Source: the human T2T-CHM13v2.0 reference genome, Homo sapiens
Length of the DNA stretch: 64,000 nucleotides
Strand: one strand, 5' to 3'
Assembly: GCF_009914755.1 (NCBI RefSeq)
Contig: NC_060942.1
Made by a program: the position numbers and the translations under genes. Under the pieces are notes generated by a model, which was not told the DNA's origin, did not search any database, and was given only the letters and a program-made list of their open reading frames with translations. Shown in pieces: positions 59,301 to 64,000 of this stretch. The number at the start of each line of letters is the position of its first letter. Within the stretch, counting starts at the first letter, position 1.

Positions 59301-62300
59301 AGGACCATGATCTTCTGTGCTTTCTGCAGCAAGACAACGTCCTTCCAGAGATGGGTCAGTGTCCCCTTCCTAATAATCCTCAGCCTCCACATGAACCATG
59401 AGTCCTGGTGCTGCTGAGAGCACAACCCCCTCTTGGCTGGTCAAAGTAGCTCTGCTCCACACCTTTGGGGAGAAGGCTCAACACACTCTGCTATGAGAGC
59501 CCCCATTCCCCAAGCCAGATCTCTCTACCTCTATTTGGAGAAATCAAAACCTTTATAACTTGAACTACCCAAGGCAATCAACTAGTGGCTAGTGGTTCTA
59601 TGACTGATGTCTTGATACAATGCACAACCCAGCCCCACTAGTCCGAATGCTCAGTGCCTGGGGGCCTGCTAGTCATCTCTCACAAGGACCAGGGACCCCC
59701 TCTGAGAGCCAGGCACCTGGCTGTGGGTGGTTCCTCCTCACCCACCACAGCCCTGCACCAAGCTAAGCCTTGCTGTGGTCCCATTGAGCAGCCTTCAGAG
59801 CAGATTCTGAATAATGAGCTGTCACCTCTGTGCCTAGGGCAGCCCTGGGGGCCACCTCTCTTTCACCAAACAGAGCAGCCATGCAAAACAGCACAGCTGT
59901 ACAAAAGCAGCCGGCATAGGGATCGCTGAAGCTTTCAAAAAGAATGAAATGTACACAATGCACAGGCTAAAAGGGAAGGAGGATAAGGGCCTGGGTGTGG
60001 ACTACCCCATGGAAGCGCCAAAACAACAGATACCTTTAGTAGAAAAGGATGTCATCTAACCTATGCGACAGAGCTGCTCTGGACTCTGTGGACAGAGAGA
60101 TGAATTCCTGCCCTCAGGGAGACTTGGCCTCCCACAGGCCAAGGCAGGGCAGCCACGTGGCCCACCAATTAATATCGTCAGAGATGGCAAGCCCAGAGTT
60201 TTCCAGCATAGCAGTTCCAATACGACACTCGCTGCCTTTGCTGATGGAAATATCAAACTCATTAAACATCTACTAGCAGTCGGCCCCCTCACTGTGCTTG
60301 GCTGGTCTCATCAATCTCGCTCAAAGCAGAGCAGGCCCCTGCTCAAGCCTTGGAGGAAACCAATTGTCTGATTACTCAGCATTTATTGAAATTGACACAG
60401 TGCCTTTGATAAATATTATACCCTGAGGAGGCACAGAAGACAAAACAAAAAAAAGCCAGCCAGCTCATCTACCTACCTCCAACCACCACAACAAAAAGAT
60501 TCTGAAGATTCTAAAGAATGTTTGCTTCCACTTTTTCTTTTCCAGGAAAGAGGTGGACATGCCACTTCATGAGTCATCTCCTGTTGGTTTCTGAGTGTTT
60601 CTAAGTTGGAATTTGCTTACATTTGGGGTAGGGAAGGGGCTTTTGCACTACTCTGCTCCTAGCGTTCCCCTCCTTGCAGCGTCCTTAATTTTTTGTTACC
60701 AATTCCAAGCTCTAATTTTCTTTAAGACCTAGGTCAGCATATCATTGCTAGGGAAGAGTAGCAACATTTCTTAAGGAGAGGAGGAGGGAGTCTGCTTCTC
60801 TGTTTTGCTCCTCCAATGAAGATTTTCATATTATAAACTCTTATGCACTCCCTTTGATGGAGACTTGGGTGTTTAGAGTGCTGAAGTCCCCAAGTTGTAG
60901 CATTTAGCAGGAAGCAGGGACGCGGGGCTGGGAAGCTGATGAGTCAAGTGCTATCTGTTGGGGCAGAGATAGGTGAGACCTGATTTTGTGGATCTGCTGG
61001 GTAAACAGACTTTGCAGATGTCTCATCTGACTGGGACACACATGCAGGGAATGTTTTCTCTCCCAGGGTCACTAGTCTCAGGAGTTTCCAGTTCTATTCT
61101 TGATCCTTTCTGGCTTTGGACCTCACCTTCTGGTTTTTATTCACGTAGAAAGGTCACCATCCCATTCATCTGCTCCCAAGGGTAGACAAACCACAAGTGT
61201 GGAATTCCATGATTTGTAGGTTACAAGACTTGTAGACACATTTAACAGGAGTTTCCAAGCACCACGTGCTTTCTCCCAAAGAATGAATCCACTTCATGTC
61301 TCATGGTGGGCAGGCTGGCAGGTGACTTATCTGGGCAGAGGGTCCTGTGGGCAGAGGGCCCTCAAAGCAGCACATCAGGAGTGTGGCCTTTTATGGGAAG
61401 CCTGCGTCTTACTTTCTTCTTCCCTTAATCTCCACACCTGGATCCCACCTCTGGCCCCTGGAGATCCCTGGGGTCTGGGTGAAGGCAGGAGCTGATGGTG
61501 CTGAGGCCCGAGGTGGGAAGAAGATCTATGCAAGCCCAGCACATGCTGGCACTGTAGGCTCTATAACCTCCACGGATGTCTGTGTGTTCCTCAGCTGCAT
61601 GTGAAGGCTCAGGCCAGGAAAAGGCAGTGGGAAATAGAAGAGAGAAGGACTCCCACGTAGGGCCAAGGGCCTCTGCTCCTTCCAGAAGCCAAACACAATC
61701 TCATGGAGGCAGCCAGGTGCAAGTCTAGAAGGGGCCTTGGAGATGATCTGAACCAACTTTTATAAATATACACACAGATGAGGGAACTAAGGCCAGTGAG
61801 GCTTTCTGCACATGCTTGGGAATGGCAGAGTGGGGATGGGAATCTGGGGACTCCAAGGTCTACCGCAGGGCCCTTCCTGCAGCAGCATCCAGCCTGCCCC
61901 AATTTTGAAGTTGTTACTCCAACACCCTGAACACTGGATCTCTCCCTCTTAGATCCCCATCCACTGCGACTCCCCATTGATGGACAAACACTGAAAAAGC
62001 GGGCAACATGCTATTTCCCTTGTGGCTTGTAGAGATGGTGGTGGGAGGTGGGGCGGTGGTGGGAGGCAGAACAGCAATGACCCAAGTCTGTGGGGGGCTC
62101 TCCAGGGGCCCTTGGGACTTCCCTGGCTGGAACAGTTATCTTGGCAGTGGAGCAGGGAATCTCTATGCCCTGATACTCAGGTTTGGGGCAAAGCTCAGGA
62201 AGTTCTATTTCATGGTGTAAGAAATAAGCCCACCAGGGTGGGTGTGACAGGCTGAGACTTTAAGTGTTCAAAGGTGAGGCACCTCCACCAAAGCACAGTG

Positions 62301-62375
62301 CTGCATCATGGGCAGGGGTGCCCAGAAGCTGCCCTCCCCTGCAGGCAGCATCAAGATCAGCCCCAGCCTCTGTCA

Positions 62376-62948
<573 letters not shown>

Positions 62949-64000
62949 TCAGCAAACAAGGAGAAGGGAGAAGAAGTGGGGGAAGAAAAGGTTATTTTAC
63001 CAGGGAAAAAGCATGAAGGCAATCAAAAAAGGAACTTCCAAGGTAGGATTAAGTCTCACAATCATTGCATGCTCAAGTGCTTGCCTGGCATCTCCCTAAC
63101 AAAACACTAATGTAAACTTACAGAAATAGAGGAAAACAAAGAACAGCAACACTGACATTCAAAGAGCTCAAGGAGCTTTCGTGAGCATGTGCAGAGCTGG
63201 AAGCTGCCTGGTAGCAGGTGGCTTTATGGCTGGGTGGATCCTATACCTTATTTTTAAGTTGCAGAAACAAAGAAGCTGGCTCTCTGGGTTTGCAGCCTTC
63301 ACTTTTTAGGTTTCTTTGCTCTTTCATACAGAGCCCTCCTGCCTGTGGACTTGCCAGCACAAAGAGCTGCAATCTAATCGCTGGCTTTGAGACAAAGGAC
63401 CCCTTCAGCATCCTCTCTTCCAAGGAGGCCCTCCATGGGGTCTTGGAATCTCTCTCACCCCTGTCAGCCATGGCTTGCCCCATAAGACTCTAAGACTCAG
63501 GGAACTGATGCCCTGACCCACCCTGCCCAAACCATGCTCCTGCAGATGGGATACTCAATCCCAGCCCACTCAGGCAACACACAGGTGTGAAACAGCCCCC
63601 ATGGGCCCAGAGCCCTAAGAAGCTATTGCTGGTATCAAGTGCTACTGCAAATTATGGGAAGAAATCAGCACCGCAAGAGTTGAGGGCATTAGCTAAGAGT
63701 GGTCAGTGAGGAAAGTGGAGAGGAAGAAATAGGGCTCTCCAAATCATCAAGCAGGCAACAATGGTCATTGATTATTCTTCATTGCTCTGGTCTGTAGGAG
63801 CGCCAGGCAGAACAGAGCTAGCGGCCAAATCACCGATAAGCTGGAGCATCAGGAATCAATGACTAATTCACATAAGAAATTAAACTTCACAGAAAACAGT
63901 GAAGAGCAGCAAAAGAAAAGCCCTTGGACCCTGTAAAATGCCACAGATGCTGTGGGGCCTTGTGGTTGTGACCAGTACGGCAATGCACAAGCCACCAGTC

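Overview
Mammalian, almost certainly human/primate, genomic DNA (Alu, L1, MIR, L2, MaLR and ERV repeats). The window lies entirely inside the myosin Vb gene (MYO5B) on the minus strand. I traced 18 consecutive coding exons with consistent splice phases: 2583 nt, 861 codons, corresponding to exons 22-39 (about residues 938-1798 if the usual 40-exon, 1848-aa model is assumed). They encode the coiled-coil stalk and the globular cargo-binding (DIL) tail. The last exon lies off the left edge. Splice features include a GC-AG intron after exon 24 and the 78-nt symmetric cassette exon D (exon 30). Introns contain a Y1 RNA retrocopy, solo LTRs with intact target-site duplications (TSDs), several Alus, L1s and DNA-transposon fossils. 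The most unusual structure is in intron 22: a 319-bp, ~97% identical inverted copy of sequence 2.2 kb away sits inside a solo MST LTR, bracketed by 24-bp inverted repeats and hairpins, and a separate 33-bp copy of the same LTR's end lies 1.4 kb upstream. I see no evidence for a new protein-coding gene or multi-gene system. Repeat subfamily names and old-repeat boundaries are by eye and approximate.
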